Shown here one piece after another: positions 37,191 through 51,400 of a DNA stretch of 64,000 nt (positions are counted from its first letter, which is position 1; the number at the start of each line of letters is the position of its first letter). The notes below the pieces were generated by a model, which saw only the letters and a list, made by a program, of their open reading frames with translations, ran no database searches and was not told where the DNA came from. The DNA comes from Vitrella brassicaformis CCMP3155 (Eukaryota; Protista; Chromerida). The stretch lies in contig CDMY01000305.1 in NCBI GenBank assembly GCA_001179505.1, forward strand, positions 434,001 to 498,000, in the 5' to 3' direction. The position numbers and the translations under genes were made by a program.

Positions 37191-40100
37191 TCACGGCGAG
37201 TAGTAGTGTGGGTGAGTGTCTCGTCTGAGCGCATCGATCACTTCATGCCCTTGCGTCGATATTTGTGCCGGCATTTGAAAATGCGACACATAATTCCCCG
37301 ACACGGACCTGCGGCGGACGTCGACGCCGCGCATCGTTGGAGATCCCTCATCCTCGTCTGTCTCATCTCCTGGGCTCTCGCTGTAGCCGAGCTGCACTCA
37401 CACACAGCGCAGTGCCACACGGACCGACCGAGACACGGTGTGCATGTACCCACCCGCGAGACGGTTGCCGTCTTTGATGTGCGTGGCTGGGATCTGCGCC
37501 GCCCCTGTGGTACCTCGTCGTCCTCGTCAACCGTCTCTTTGAGTGGAATGGGCTGAGGGCCGTTTGGCGCCGACTGAGGCCGATCAACCAGCTCTCGTGA
37601 CCGCCTGGCCGCCTCCCTTGCAGAACCGGCAAACGCTGTCGCACGCCGCGATGACGACGCAGAGTCGGCAGAGAAGTGCACACCATGCTTGTGGCTTGGT
37701 TCCGTAGGCGACTCTGTGGCCGATATGCTCTCGGCCGACTCCATGATGGTCATCTTCTTGGTGGCCCTGGCAACTTGTTCCGGCGTGATAGTGACGGATT
37801 GGTGCATCGGCGGCCGCGTCTGCATGGCGTCCTCCTCGTCGTCAGTGTCGTAGGTCAGCGGCTTGACGCGAGACGATGGCTCCTGCGGATGGGCTCTGCA
37901 GGCAGCACAGCCACAGTAAGTAAGTCGCCAATATCACATTAATTAGTGTGTGCTGAATTGAATTGGTCCGTGTGGTCTGCATGTGACCTTCTTCTGAGTT
38001 CCAGGACGGTCTTGAGCGTGAAATTGAAATTGCTGGGCAGCGGCAAAACGACCGCCCCACCCTCCCTGAGGCACACACACACGCACAAAAGGATACAGCC
38101 CATGTCTAACACAGGTGCTGATATCCACCCAAGCCCACTCACTCTTTGATTTGTATTGCCCTTTCGAGCGTCTCTTTCTCCTTTTTCCACTGCTCATAGT
38201 TGGCCTCGCCCTGCACCTGCAGCTCGCGAAGGGCGGGCAGCAGGGCTGCGAGACTGCGCCACTGCGGCAGGGCGACGTACTCGACGAAGCCGATCTGCAT
38301 CTTGGTCCTGGCGAGCTCGTCCCTCGCGTCCATGAAGGTGGTGATGGGAATGTTCTCGGCCCTCTCGCGGTCCACCTGGCCATTGAATTCCTCGACGATG
38401 AGCCCCGCCCACTTCATGTAGAAAGGTTCGGGCATCACTGGGTTGTTGACGTCAGCTGAGTGGAGGATGGACTCGACCAGCAGCAGACGATCAGAGTTGT
38501 TCTGCACGCTGATCGGGTCATCTGCACACACACCCTGGGTCTTGTCTTGCCGTTGTGGTCTGTCTGGAGCACTGCTCACCTGACGAGGCCCTGTCTTTGA
38601 GTTTGGTGAGCTTCTTGATGTGGTAGGCCATGTCGGTTGCCAGCACGGCAGCTATGAAGGTCTTACGGAAGTCCAACCTGCCCAATTGGACATGGAGACA
38701 TAATCAAGGGCCTTCCCCAATTTGGTGCTCGCTGTCAGATCGGCCTGCCTCTGTTCCTCGGTCAGGCTGATACGGAAATCACACGTTGGATTGGCTGTCA
38801 GCAGCCTGCGGCAAGGACAGTGAGCATGGTGATAAGTGGATGGACGCGCGTTTATGCCGTGTCGTGTGCCCCTACTTGAATGTGTGGGCGCAATGGTGGT
38901 TCTCCAGCACAGACTGGTCGTTGTACGTCAACGCCTGAAACAGTCGATGCACACAAACAGGATATGTGTGTCTCTGTCTCTGCGTATGTTGGCAGGCAGG
39001 CTGACCAGGTCGTCTTGTGCGGCGATGAGAAAGGTGTTGTTGACGCCTCGGTGGTCAATGTCGTGACACAAGGCTGCACACCAAAAGAGAGGGATATCCA
39101 GACAGGCACCATGCCATGGTTACCTGCGATGAGGAGTGTGAACTGGTCCAGCTCAGTGAGGTGCTCCCGGCAACCATACTTATACAGGACCAGAAAGCAC
39201 GACTGAAACACACGCAGAAAAAGTGACCATATCAGCCCCAGCTGCATGTTTGTCACGTCTGTCTGTCCAGACCTGGAAGACGTGCACTGCATGGTACATG
39301 TTGTGGAAGGGGTTCGTCAGATGATACGATGAGCTTAATACAGACAGAGCGAGAGGGAAGCTTTGCACTCTTGTTCATGGCTCTCCCTCTTCTTGTGCTC
39401 CCTTTCCCTGCTCACTCGACGCGGTGGAAGAATTCCTTCAGGGAGACCGTCCGCAGCGAGAAATATGTCACAAGTCCAAGACGAACGAGGCCGTCCGCGA
39501 AAAACTGGGCCATGGCCGACGTCGAGTAGTCCCATATGTCCAGACTCCAGCTCATCCACGGCTGCAACCGACTGTTCAATGCCTCATCCTACAAACATGC
39601 GCAAAACGGCACGCAGTGGGGTGAAAGCGACTGTAAAGGAAACCACCCGGGATGTTTTCATTCTCGACCTCTTCCTCCTCTTGTTCTTCATATTCCGCCT
39701 CCTCGGCGAACGCCTCCAGGCCGTCTCTCTTCTCGGCGCACGGCACGCTAAGGCCCCTTTCCCTGTCGACCACTCGATCCGCCTTGTCGCGGGACCTCCT
39801 GTGGCCGACAACCCCGTCGCCATCGGACAATGCGGGTGACGCAGGCACCTTGACGGCGCCCACGTCAGTTGTCTGGAACCGGCGCGGACGCATGGTGTTG
39901 CGGCGCTGGGTTGGCGGGGGATGGTGGGACTTGCTGAAGACTGTGGTGGACCTCCGTGTGTCCCTGCTGCTCGCCATTGGGGAGAGGAGGTTCTCGTCGA
40001 GGAGAGACACGCCAAGACGGCGGACCTGACCCCTGCGAACAAATGTTGGGTCGGCGGAGTGGTATGGGTGGGCAGATATCTGTGTGGTGGGATGTTTGCG

Positions 40101-41152
40101 TACTTGTCAGGGGCGATCCATGAGATGACGGAGTTAGGATTGGCAGCAATGATGACCTCAAGTGTCAGTTTGGTCAACTTGCCGCCGAACTGGTCCGCCA
40201 CCTCGTCTACCACCCTAGACACAACCCGCTCATCGTCTCTGAGACACAACACAAGCACCCATCCAGCTACAGACAGGCAGCTTATCCCTCCCACTCTACT
40301 TGGAGAATGACTGGAGCGGCTCCCACTCCTCCCGGTTGAACTTGTAGAGCTCCTTCCAGAAGGACTCGCTCACCACAGACGTCTTCATAGACTGAAATCA
40401 ATCCACACAAACAGAGATATAGCTCCCGACGCTAATATGTATGTACGCCCATCGATATCTCCCCAAACCTCACTGATGAGAGCCCGGTGGAGCCCATTGT
40501 CGGGCTTTTGGCGTCGGGAGACATCTCACCAAACCCAAATTGTCTGACGCCCTTCTTGGCCGCCGATGTTCCTCTCCGCGGCCCAGGCGATGACTGGGTG
40601 GTGGCTGGCGTGCCGAGGGACTTAGAGAGGAAGGTGGACCCCTTAAGGTGGCGGTTGTACTCTACCTCGGACGACATCTTGTTAATGAGGTGCACTATCG
40701 CCTTGACGTTGCCTCTGTGGTCATGTAAAGGCGCCACCATCGACGCTCTGGCACACAGACACAGACGCACAGAATCACGGAGAGTGTGGGGGGGTGCAGG
40801 TGTCATCTAATATATAGGGGGTCATGGGAACCTGGTGGAGATGCCCACAGCGTCGTCGAACTGCTTGTTCTGCATCCGCACTTCAGTGTCGGCTCGCCGG
40901 ATGATCTTGCGCGACTTGACGGCAGCGGCCAGCAGCGGGTGGGTGCTGAAGGGAAGAGTCATCCCGATCGCACTGCAGACAGATTGACACATGACACATG
41001 GCACACAACGAGAGAACGGCGCTGCTTGCCTTTTACTGACCCTTTCGGTCCGAAGTAACATATGAGGGAATCATTTGGGTAATCAATCGCATAGAACGCC
41101 ACCTGAACAACGCAGGATTGGCGATTGTGTCTCGCCGCGTTTTCTGTCCAGA

Positions 41153-41183
<31 letters not shown>

Positions 41184-43410
41184 GTCTCATTCAGTGACCT
41201 CTTGTGCCTTGGTGAGGTTGACGAGGAGTACAAGCAGCTTGAAGACGGTGTGCTCGGCGTCGTTGCTTTCGAGGAACACCCGCCGGTGCATGTGAATCAT
41301 CACCTGCGACTCACGCAACTCCCGCTGCAGCCTCTCCAACTCCAACGCGCGGATCAACAAGCCCTGCAGTCACCGAAAGACACATGCAATGCACAGAAAT
41401 ATCTGCCTCTGCCTGCTGTGTTCACCTGCACGGCCTCTGTGAGTCTGTCCATGAGCACCACGTCGGCCAGTGCGGGAGCGAAGCACAGGACCACACCTAA
41501 TGGCTTGCCGTGCCTTGGGTCCACCAGCCGCCCCGCCAACACATACACCCGCGGATGGTCGCGGCTGACCTCCCTCTCGAGCGCCTCACCCTCACCCTCA
41601 CCCTCGCCCTCCGCCTCCTCTTCTCTCTCGCTGGCGTATTCCCTGTTGCCGCCTTCGTCCCACCTGACACGACTGGCGTGCACCGTAGGTGACGTGTTGC
41701 GACGATCGCGGGATGGAGTCACAACCCTGACAGTGAGACAGACGGTGAGTTACAGGCTCTGAGTGGTTGTGTTGTCTGCTTACCCCGCTGGTGGCATGGT
41801 GGAGAAGTCAGGTACAGACTGCCTCTCTTTGGCGGTGGTCAGGTCGGACTGGGAGTCCTCCTCGGGCACCGTCTTCATCTGGCTCGGTGTGGCGCTCACA
41901 CACGACATGCGGCGGGAGTGGTACTCGAATCGACCGGAGGCCGCGTCGTACACCTGACAAGGCCATCCATGCCATGCACCCACACGTGATGGATCGATTA
42001 CACAGGCACACCGCCACGCTGACCTGCAGCGGCACATGACTGGTGGTGGCGCTCGTGGCCCTCGCAGGAGAGGCGGCCGTGAAGTCGGCCATCAGTGACG
42101 CAGAGCTTGAAGACGTGACTGAAGAGGGGACGGGCCCCATTGCTGGCGACCGCGACTCGTCTGCCCTGTGTGCGGCCGACAGTTTCTCGATGAGGAAATG
42201 CGAAAGAAGGACATCCGGCAGCTCCTCCTCCTGCACCGATGGGGGGTCGTTGAGCACCTCTGTCCACCGGTGCTTGGTGGCGGTGGACGGGGGGGTGGGC
42301 TGACCCGTTGGTGGGGTTGTCCACGGCAGCAAAAATTCCACAAACTGACAACGCATGGGCAGCCCTGGTGGACCCTGATATAGATAGCAATTGGTCCCGG
42401 CCACGCTTACCCGGGCGCCAGCAGAGTCATTAAGAATCGATCCAGCAAGCCCCTTTGATGACGAAAAATGCAAAATCTGAGAAGAGAAAGGAAACAAGTG
42501 AAATACATACGCATGCCCAATCATCGTCTCTGTGTGCCTTCCGCTCGCCTCGTGTGGAATGTCATAAGTCTGTCCGTGACTCTGCGCATGGTCTGGCTGA
42601 GATATCGTTGTCCTTTTCCTCTGGCCAGGCGAGCCGCCGTCCCCCTCCTTCGGCGTTGCGGCGCTGGGCGACTTTGGCGCCTTACCCCGCTGCTTGGCAT
42701 GTTCCTGTGCGAGTCGCGGGAGGTCTATCCATGTGCCCTCCAAGGGGTAAAACCCTATTAGCTCGTCATCCAGATCGCGGGCGAGACATAGCACAACGGG
42801 GGAGCCGAACAGCTGCAAATGGCAAGAAATGGACAATCCACAGAATTGGAAGTTGAGACGGGCAGCACGGTTGGCTCACCGTAGAGCAGCAAAAGGAGAA
42901 GTGCTGGCAAAACTCGAATGTTGTCATGTGGGTACATTTCGCTGCAGGCACAGCAATCGTCACACACTGAGGGCTGATTGATACTCGGCGTGCTCACCCT
43001 CCATGTGCATGTGAATGACATGCGCCTGCTTGACATAGGCGGCCTTGAGGGGCAAAGACGGGATGTCTTGGGAGCTGTGCGGACTCCCCTGAGCTGAACC
43101 GACAAGAAACAGACAGATGATATGCAACCAGGAAATGTCGTATGTAATGGGAAGGCATACATACATGGGAAGAGCTCCTCCAAGTGTGCCCGGAACTGTG
43201 GCAGAAAAACCAAACCACAGCATATCTCTCATGCCTTCGGCCCGTCCAATTTCCCTCCGTGCAACCGCCTCACGTGCTGTATGTCATCGGCCGATATGCT
43301 CGAGCCCTTCCGGACGCGAACATGCTCGCGGCTGGCAGACTGCATCACACACAACACGCACAAGCACACACAAGAGTGCGACTCCCTCCCCGCGGGTAGC
43401 TGCCTACCAT
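37191..43410 (-). CDS. Class I cyclic-nucleotide phosphodiesterase with N-terminal GAF-type regulatory region
   Basis: Catalytic motifs FHNMYHAVHVFQ, CHDIDHRGVNN, LENHHC, LATDMAYH, LHSADVNNP and MQIGFVEYVALP. The GAF signature is SMVAPLHDHRGNVKAIVHLINK. The start is probably the ATG at 43410, just before a GTAGGC donor. Confidence 0.9.
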
Positions 43411-43604
43411 TGTGCCCGTTTCTTGAGGGCCCTCTTCGTGCGTCCGGCTTCACAGCGCCTGCCTTCCGATCCTCGGTCAAAGCGGGAGCGCTTTCAGTTC
43501 TTCCGCTGTTCTTCCCTTCGAGCTCGCAGTCTCGCCCCCACGGCCTACAGAGATCGCAATTGGCAGACTCCCGCCGCCAGCCGCAGTGACCGCAAACCAA
43601 CAGC

Positions 43605-44463
43605 ATGTACAGCGTATTCACGCAAGAAAGACGGCAGCAGGAGGGAAGAGATACCGCTCGCATCAGGCGCCTCAACTTCCATCAGCCCGCGCACTCACCA
43701 CACGCAGCGGTTGCATCGCCTGTGATCCATGTCCACCATGACAGCGCAGGCGATTCAGCCAAGGCCGCCAGGTCCATCCGGCGGGTGTCCAGCTGGATAT
43801 CCACCGCCGTATATGCGAGCGCCGACAGACAAGCGGAAGAAGCGAGAGGTCAACAGGCGACGCACGCACGCGGTGCCCGCTTCTGGCCGGTGAAGAGGTA
43901 ATATGCATGCATGCTGTCCAGGAAGGTGCATGACGACAGCATTCCACGGTTGCACTGTCTGTTGTCTGTGTGCAGGTACGAGGAAGAGAGAACCCGCATC
44001 ATCGAGACTCTGGACAGGCAGAGCAGGGAGCTGCCGTCACGAGAACGTAAGAACGCTGTCCGCCCTCGGATCTGACTGATGCTGACATGACCTTCTTGTT
44101 GTTGCAGCCTATGCCGGCGGCAACCTTGCGAACGTGCAGCGCGACGTTTGCAAGTCCAAGCACATCGGGGCTACAATCAGGTGAGAGACATGCAGACACG
44201 CACACACCTCCTTGTTGCCCGTCGGTCACGATGACAGGCACAAGCCGAAGCTGGAGTCTGCCCGCATCAACGATTCTATCAGCCGGCAAGGCACCTTGTT
44301 CGTGTCGCGGCCCCTGCCGGCCCTTCCCCCGTCGTCCCACGACAGCACACTCTTGATGACATCGCAGTCCACATGGCGATTCAGCGGGGGCCCTTCGACA
44401 GAGAGGCCATCCACGTACAGACTGATGGTAGGCAAGGCGGCAAGGGAGCCAGGCATACACCAG

Positions 44464-44498
<35 letters not shown>

Positions 44499-45336
44499 GT
44501 AAGGGTGATCCCTATGCGTCGAAGAGCACCTTCTTCCATCCCGCCACCTCCTCCCTGCCGCCGCTGAGCTCCCCCCGTCCGCCGCTCCCCTTCGTCTGCT
44601 CAACCGCACGGCTGTCCTCGCCCCTCTCCAGCACCGTGATGGCCATGACCACGTCGTCACTCTGCTGGCCGCCCACTGAGCCATGCAAAGAGGCCGACAG
44701 TGTGGAAAAACAGCTTCTGCGAAAGGTGAGGTGCGCGAGAGACAGCACAAGGAGACACGATGGGTGGGTGGTGCATGTTGGTGGGTTGGTGTCTGCACTG
44801 CAGGGGTACAGAAAGTACGTCAGGAGGGGCGAGAGGGAGGCAGAGTCACCACCAGGGTAGGTGACATACGAGACAGAGACAGCCAGGCAATCAATCGATG
44901 TGCCAAACATGTGTGTGTGAATGTCTGTCAGTCCCGCGTTGGCCACCGCCCAGCCGTTTGTGCAGCTCGACCCCACGAGCCTTTTGGAGAGAAAACCAGA
45001 CAGAGACAAGCACCTGCACGGCGACTTCAAGACAATCGTGGCCCGACGCAAGACTGACGCACATCTCAAATCGCAGCGCACATCAGCTATCATCGCGAGC
45101 AGACCCGCACAGCTCCGCGACAGCCTTCTTGATGAAGAGGACGATCTGCTGGACGTGCTGGACGACGGTTGGGTGGGTGAGAGGGAGAGTGTGCGGGGCC
45201 GGGGAGGGCGGGCGCTGTCGATGTCGACGAGCATAACGGGAGGAGGGCTGCCGCCGCATTCAGGCATGACCACCACCAGCATGTCCACCAAATCAAGACG
45301 GAGGTGAAGACCGGGGCACAAACACACACAAACACG

Positions 45337-45372
<36 letters not shown>

Positions 45373-45600
45373 TTCGTGGATGATGTGCTCGTTGGTTGCA
45401 GGACTTACTTCAAATCGCTTCAGTCATTCGCCCTCGGTGGCGCCCTGACGCCAGCCAAACCATCGGAGGCGCTTGTAGGCAGCCACGCACCGACAAGGAT
45501 GCCCTTGTGTCTCTCTGGGCGTATTTCGTCGATGTGTGTGTGTGGTTGCCAGGAGGACTCACAACGGCGAGGTGCAAGGAAGCTTCTGTCTAAACTCACT
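43605..45600 (+). CDS. Hypothetical low-complexity protein
   Basis: In-phase exons ARFWPVKR|YEEERTRIIETLDRQ..|PYAGGNLANVQRD..|..DSLLDEEDDLLDVL. The 3' end is uncertain. Confidence 0.5.
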
Positions 45601-46269
45601 TCTGCTAGATAGGGGATGACACACGTGTGTGTGTGTGTGTGTATTGCTCCAGCCCATGTAGCCATTGGCGTAGACGTGGTGGTACATGAAGGGACTCATG
45701 CAGCCAAGGGGACTCGACTCGTGTGTGTGGAGATCATAGATAGCATTGACCCTATCGCAAATATCAAATCGAAGCTTGGCTTCACACCATTGTGTCTGTG
45801 TGGTCGTCGTGTCCCCTACTACGCCATCCATCGCCCATCCATCCCACCACGCCACACACGCACACAAAATCCTTTGCCGGAACGTACACGACTGCACATA
45901 TGTACACCCACTCACTCACACATCAATATCTTCATCATCCATCCATAGCCATCGACACGCACCAAGGCGGCCACCAGACAGACAGACAGACGGAGGGAGG
46001 GAGGGAGGGAGTCGCACAGCACACGAAGAATCCCTCCCTCTTGGAGCTCTTCCTTCCTGACTGCTCTCTTTTTCCACATCTTGCTTGCCGTCAGTCAGTC
46101 CAATCACGTGTGTCTCTTTCCACTTGCAGCGCTGCAGCCAGCGACCGGCCTCGCCGTGGTGGCCACAGTGCCATCACATCACCACAGCAAGAAGGATCGA
46201 TATATGCCGCGTTGAAAGCGAAAAGAGATCACACCAGACAGACCAGACCACAACAGTCAGTACACCCAT

Positions 46270-47745
46270 CAGTGTCCCCTCCTCTCCCCCCGTGTCAGCA
46301 AAGGCTCGTTTAGGGACACCAGCTGGTTGCCATCGCAGCTATCGATAATGCCGTCCTCACCCCCCCGCCGCCTCTGCACACCACCCGCCCCGGCCCCCTC
46401 GACATCAACACACACCGACATTTGGCCGATGTGGTCGGCAGCCGTGGGGTACTCATCGTTGCACTGCTTGTGTCGGTCTCTGTAGGCGGGGTATGTGACG
46501 GCCGCTCGGATGGCCATGGCGGCCACCACCACGCCACACAGCCCGATGCACAGGAAGCCCACATGGAAGCCCACTAAGCCGCTGATCAAGCCGCCGATCA
46601 GAGGGGCCAGCAATGTGCCGGTGCAGAAGCCCAGACCTATTTGTTTATTACGCACACACACACAGACACATGGGCGAGAAGCACTGACGCCTGCAGGCAG
46701 CGAGGGGGTCTCTCCCTCTCGCCCACCTACCTGTGAGTGCGTATGCCTTGCCGACGATGTCGTTAAGGTTCCTGTCGTTGCAATAGTGCCCCACAAATGC
46801 CTGGACGCACGCATCGGCCATCCCCAGCCCGACGCCGCTCACACACAGCCCCACACACTGCACCGCCTCTCTCCCAATGTAAAGCACTCCACAGACAGCC
46901 ACCGACTGCATCACGATGCCCGCAGCCACCAGCTGCAGCAGCGGCACCCCCAGCCAGTCCGACACAATGGGCGAGAGGAACCCACTGGCCACCTTGACAA
47001 TCGCCGACGGCAGGAACAGCGCCCCAACGACCTCGGGCGACGTGCCGAAATGTGTGTGCCAGTAGAGGGGCAGCAACGCCTGCAGCGTCAGCGTGGCGCC
47101 CCACAGGTAGAGCGTCGCGACAGTAACAGTCATGAAATGGTACTCCATCAGCGGGGCGAACGAGGACGTCGTTGTCTTGGCGCGGCTCGGCTAAGATGGC
47201 ACTGCATGGCCACTCGTGTCTGCCGTAGATGCCCCGCTGCTGGCTGGCGCGTCGAGAGATGCCGGTGTTACCACGTTAAGAGCAGAGGAAGGGGCCTCTG
47301 TCGTGGTGCCGCTGTCGTGTTCTTGCTGTGGCGGCTTCTGGGTCTCATCGGCCGGGAGGAAGGGATGCAGGACGAAGGCACAAATTAGGAGCAAAGAGCT
47401 GATGACGATGATTGTCAGGAACACACAGCGGGTCCCGCCGAGAGCAAACAAAACTCCCCCAACAACAGGGCCAATAACTGTGCCCACATCACTCGAATAC
47501 GCCTGCACGGCCAGAGAAAAGACGAACACACCACTTGCTCCCGAACACACGAGCGCGGTTGTCTGAGCAGTGCACTGCCCACCACTCCGAGAGCCGAGGC
47601 GACGATGGCCTTTGGGTGCGTCTTCGCGATGGCCGTGAGCATGAGCGGCCATACAACAGCGGACGAGATTCCGTGAAGTGCCCTGGCCACAAAGTAGCAC
47701 GGCAAGGAATTCTTGATGGCGAACACAATGCTGCCGGTGAGCAGC

Positions 47746-47783
<38 letters not shown>

Positions 47784-48177
47784 CGTGTGGCGTGTCTTAG
47801 CGCATTCCTGTATCCCTTTTGTGGCTTGCCTGGGTATGGGAACCAGAGCATTGTACGCCATCCGATGTGGTCGATGAGCCAGCCACTAAACGGAGTCAGG
47901 ATCAGGCTGGTGAGTGGGTGCCCGATGTACACCACACCCTGCACAGACAACACACACAGGCGCACACACACATACACTCACACATTCCCACGACGTGGCC
48001 GCGTTAATGCTACGTGTGTGTTTCGTTCACCTGATAGAATGGCGTCAAGTGCAACACTTCAGGTGTGATGGGAATGATGACGGTGTACAAGAGCGTCTCG
48101 AAGAATAGGGTGGCCCAGGCGAGCGCCAACAGGCCATAGTGGAAGCCCGAAGGAATGCGAAGGCGAAACAGCGCCAT
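46270..48177 (-). CDS. MFS transporter, SLC18 (vesicular amine transporter)-like
   Basis: About 12 hydrophobic segments. TM1 is LFFETLLYTVIIPITP (compare VMAT LLDNMLLTVVVPIIP). Other motifs are GWLIDHIGW (MFS motif A-like), VARALHGISS, GTVIGPVVGGVLF and GKAYAL..GLGFCTGTLLAPLIGG. Confidence 0.8.
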
Positions 48178-48498
48178 ATCCTTGTCACAACTGCAGTCTT
48201 CTCGTCATCTCTCAAATATATTATATATAGTTCTGATTCACAGACATTCAGGGTTCAGGGTATAGGGTTTCGAACCCGCTTTACCGCAGCAACTTGGGAT
48301 GGGAGCCTCAACCAGTACATGCGCGAATAGCACGGCAACACCAAGGACGCCAACGCCATTCCAATTGATTGCGCCGGACGCGCGAAATTAAATTTACGCT
48401 GTTTTGTCGTGCAGCTTTCTCCATCGGTATACGTATCTCTGTGTGAGTGAGTATACACATGTTAACGTGTGGGATGCCGACGCTTACGCCGCCAACAT

Positions 48499-51400
48499 GT
48501 TCGCCAAGGTGAAGGACGGCCAAGCCACAGGTGAGAGCACCGAGGTCGTCCAGCAACAGATGATGCATCCATCTGATGTCCATCCCACCCATCCGTTTGT
48601 TTGTCTGTTTGCTTGTCATTTGTTGCTGCAGGTGGTTTTTCGTTGCTCTCGTCGTCATCTGGTGCGTCGTCGTCTGGCGGCGGGCTGTTCGGCAGCAAAC
48701 CGTCCTCGCTCTTCGGAAACACAAACAACAGCAGCAGCAAGGCAAACACAGGTCTGCCATGACATGAGAAGCAATGGTCACCACCACACCATCACCGCAC
48801 TCTTCTCTTCGTTGGTTCATTGGTTGTGTCAGATTCGTCATGTGGCGGCTCAGTTCTCTCTTCTTCGGCCTTCGCAAGAACACCAAAAGAGGTACACACA
48901 CAGCACCATTGATTACCATCCTCATGTCATCCAGTTGCATCAATGCATGTGGTGCTGCTCGTTCACAGGGCGATACCTCAGGCGGTAACACAGAACAAGA
49001 GAGACCTACCTGAGACACAACATGCCTCTGGTTCATTCATTCATTTGTCGGTGTGCGCGTGTGCGTGTTCAGGATTCTTCGCAGCTGGAAGCGGCGGCTC
49101 ACTCTTCGCAGCCCTCCGCGCCCAGCATCAGCAGCAGCAAGGCCCTTCAGACTCATCATCAGACGCAAATGGTGACCACACCACCAAAGCCTCACATCGC
49201 GGCAGTGGTGGTGGTGGAGGGCTGTTCGCGGCGGCGTTCGGAGGGGGGTTCGGCAACTCGAAGCTGTTCAGCGGGGGAGGAGGAGGGGGAGGCGGGATGG
49301 TGGGTGAGAGTAAGCAGGCGCTCTTCGGCGGCCAGCGGCAGACGAACACCGGCGACAGCTGTGACAAGGACGACAAGTCGACGTCCGACCAGACCGTGCA
49401 GCAGAAGCAGCAGAGCGCGGACGGCCTCTCTGCTCAGAGTGGAGGATCAGGCACGTGGACAGGACAAAACTAGCCCCACACTCATGCACCACCTCCCCTT
49501 CTCTCTGTGTGTGCCTTCTTGTCAGGTTTGGCGTTTCTGTCGAGGCCGCCGGCTGCAGTGGACGACGCAACAGACAAACACAATGACGACACACAGAAGA
49601 GGTAAATCAAGGCGACATCATACACATTTGTGGAAGTATCCATCTGTCTCCCCTGTTTTCATTTTCAGTATGTTTGCGATGCACGAGGGCGAGTCGGCTG
49701 CCGCACACGCCATGACCGACCCCCGCCAAAACCAACATGAGAGACACGATAATGGTAGAATGGAGGCAGAGAGAAAGGCGCCTCGAAGGGTGTTGTGTAC
49801 CATTTCTGCTGTTTGTGTGTCGCACAGATGCCATAGGTGGTTCTGCTGGCGGCGAAGGTGCGGTGGCTGCGACGGACATGACGACGGATGAGGGCACCAA
49901 CCAGGAGGACGAAAATAAGGACAAGTCTACGACAGGTCAGCGCACACACACCGAGACACAACACACACACACTCGCCTTGAAACATTGCCTTTGTTCATT
50001 GCGCTTCAGACGGTATGGATGTGTGTGCGTTGTCGCCGGCCAAGCGTCCGCTGGGGGATGAGCACCAGCAGGAGAGCGGCGAGCCGCAGATCAAGCGGCC
50101 CAAACCACCACCCCGCCCCTCCCCATCCATCAGAGCTGCTGCTGCTGCTGCTGCCGTACACAAGCCGACACCCCACCACCATCTGACCACCGAGGCGACC
50201 GGAGCGAGTCATGTGATCGCCCGTCCCAAGGTGCCGCGGAGCTCACCCATCAGACCGCCCAAGACCATACGTCAGCCACCAATGACACCGAAGGAGGAGC
50301 CCAGGGATGTGAGTGCATTGTGTGTGTGTGTGTGTGTGTCAGTGTCGGGTGCGCCTGTGATTAATCAGCCCAAGAGGATGCCTAACAAGTTGGGTGCAGC
50401 CCCACCCCGACCCAAACACGCACCTGTCGCTAAGACGTAATAACGACACCGCCACATGACATGCATGGCACCCGCATGCACCCTCTCGTGTTTATATGTG
50501 CAGTCCCATTGTGCCTCGTCCGACGTCTCTGCTGCTGCCGTCGTCTAACCCTCGCGCGCCATTCCCCCCTCTCCCCGCCCATACCCTCAAGAAGCCCAAC
50601 ACACTGCTCAACGGCGGCAAGGCGCCGCCAGCCATCAATCGCAGCGGCCAGCAGCAGAGGGGCGGGGGTGGCGCGGCCACACCACAGACACCCGACACGC
50701 CAGACAAGGCCGTGAGCAGGGTGGGCACGGGTCTGACGATCGGCCGCAATCGCAACGTGTCGTCGGCGTCGCCACTCCCCGCTCCACCGCCCTCACCCAG
50801 CCACAACGCAAAGGCAGACACACAAGACAACACACAAAGGGTGACCTCCATGTGTGTGTGTGTGTGTGTGTGCAGCGTAAGGGGCATCCGCATGCATCTG
50901 TCGGCTCTGGCGCGGCTGTCCTGTCAGCGCTGCAGAAGGCCATCACTGGCGGGCAGGATGCACACAGTGGTACGAGGGAGACACACAAAGACCACAGACC
51001 AGAGACACGTTCGCTCGTGTGTCTGGCTCAGTTGAGGTGAAGGCAGCGAGTGTGGCGGCGAGCGAGCGGTCGTCGGTGCAGGGGAGTCCGCAGCCCGACA
51101 CACTCTCACACGCCATCGAGAGCTTCACAAACATGCAGAAACAGGTGGGTGACTGACATGCTTTCACAGGAGTGCGTACACATCTTACATCAGCTCAATG
51201 CAATGTGTGTGTGCTAGTTGAGTGTGGTGCCTACGAGTGATCGCATCAGCCAGATGGAGCAGCGGGACCAAATACTGCAGAAGACATTCCAGCAATCCAC
51301 CAACAGGTAAGTAAAGTCACACAGAAGAGCAATCAAGTTAGTTGATCAGGATGCACCCAATTGTGTGTATTGCAGGGAGAACGAGACGATGTGTCAGCTG

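Noticed and set aside
43604-43607. Divergent ORFs apparently starting on the same palindromic CATG
   Set aside because: The minus-strand reading from 43606 is out of phase with the GTAGGC donor at 43407. The PDE more plausibly starts at the ATG at 43410.
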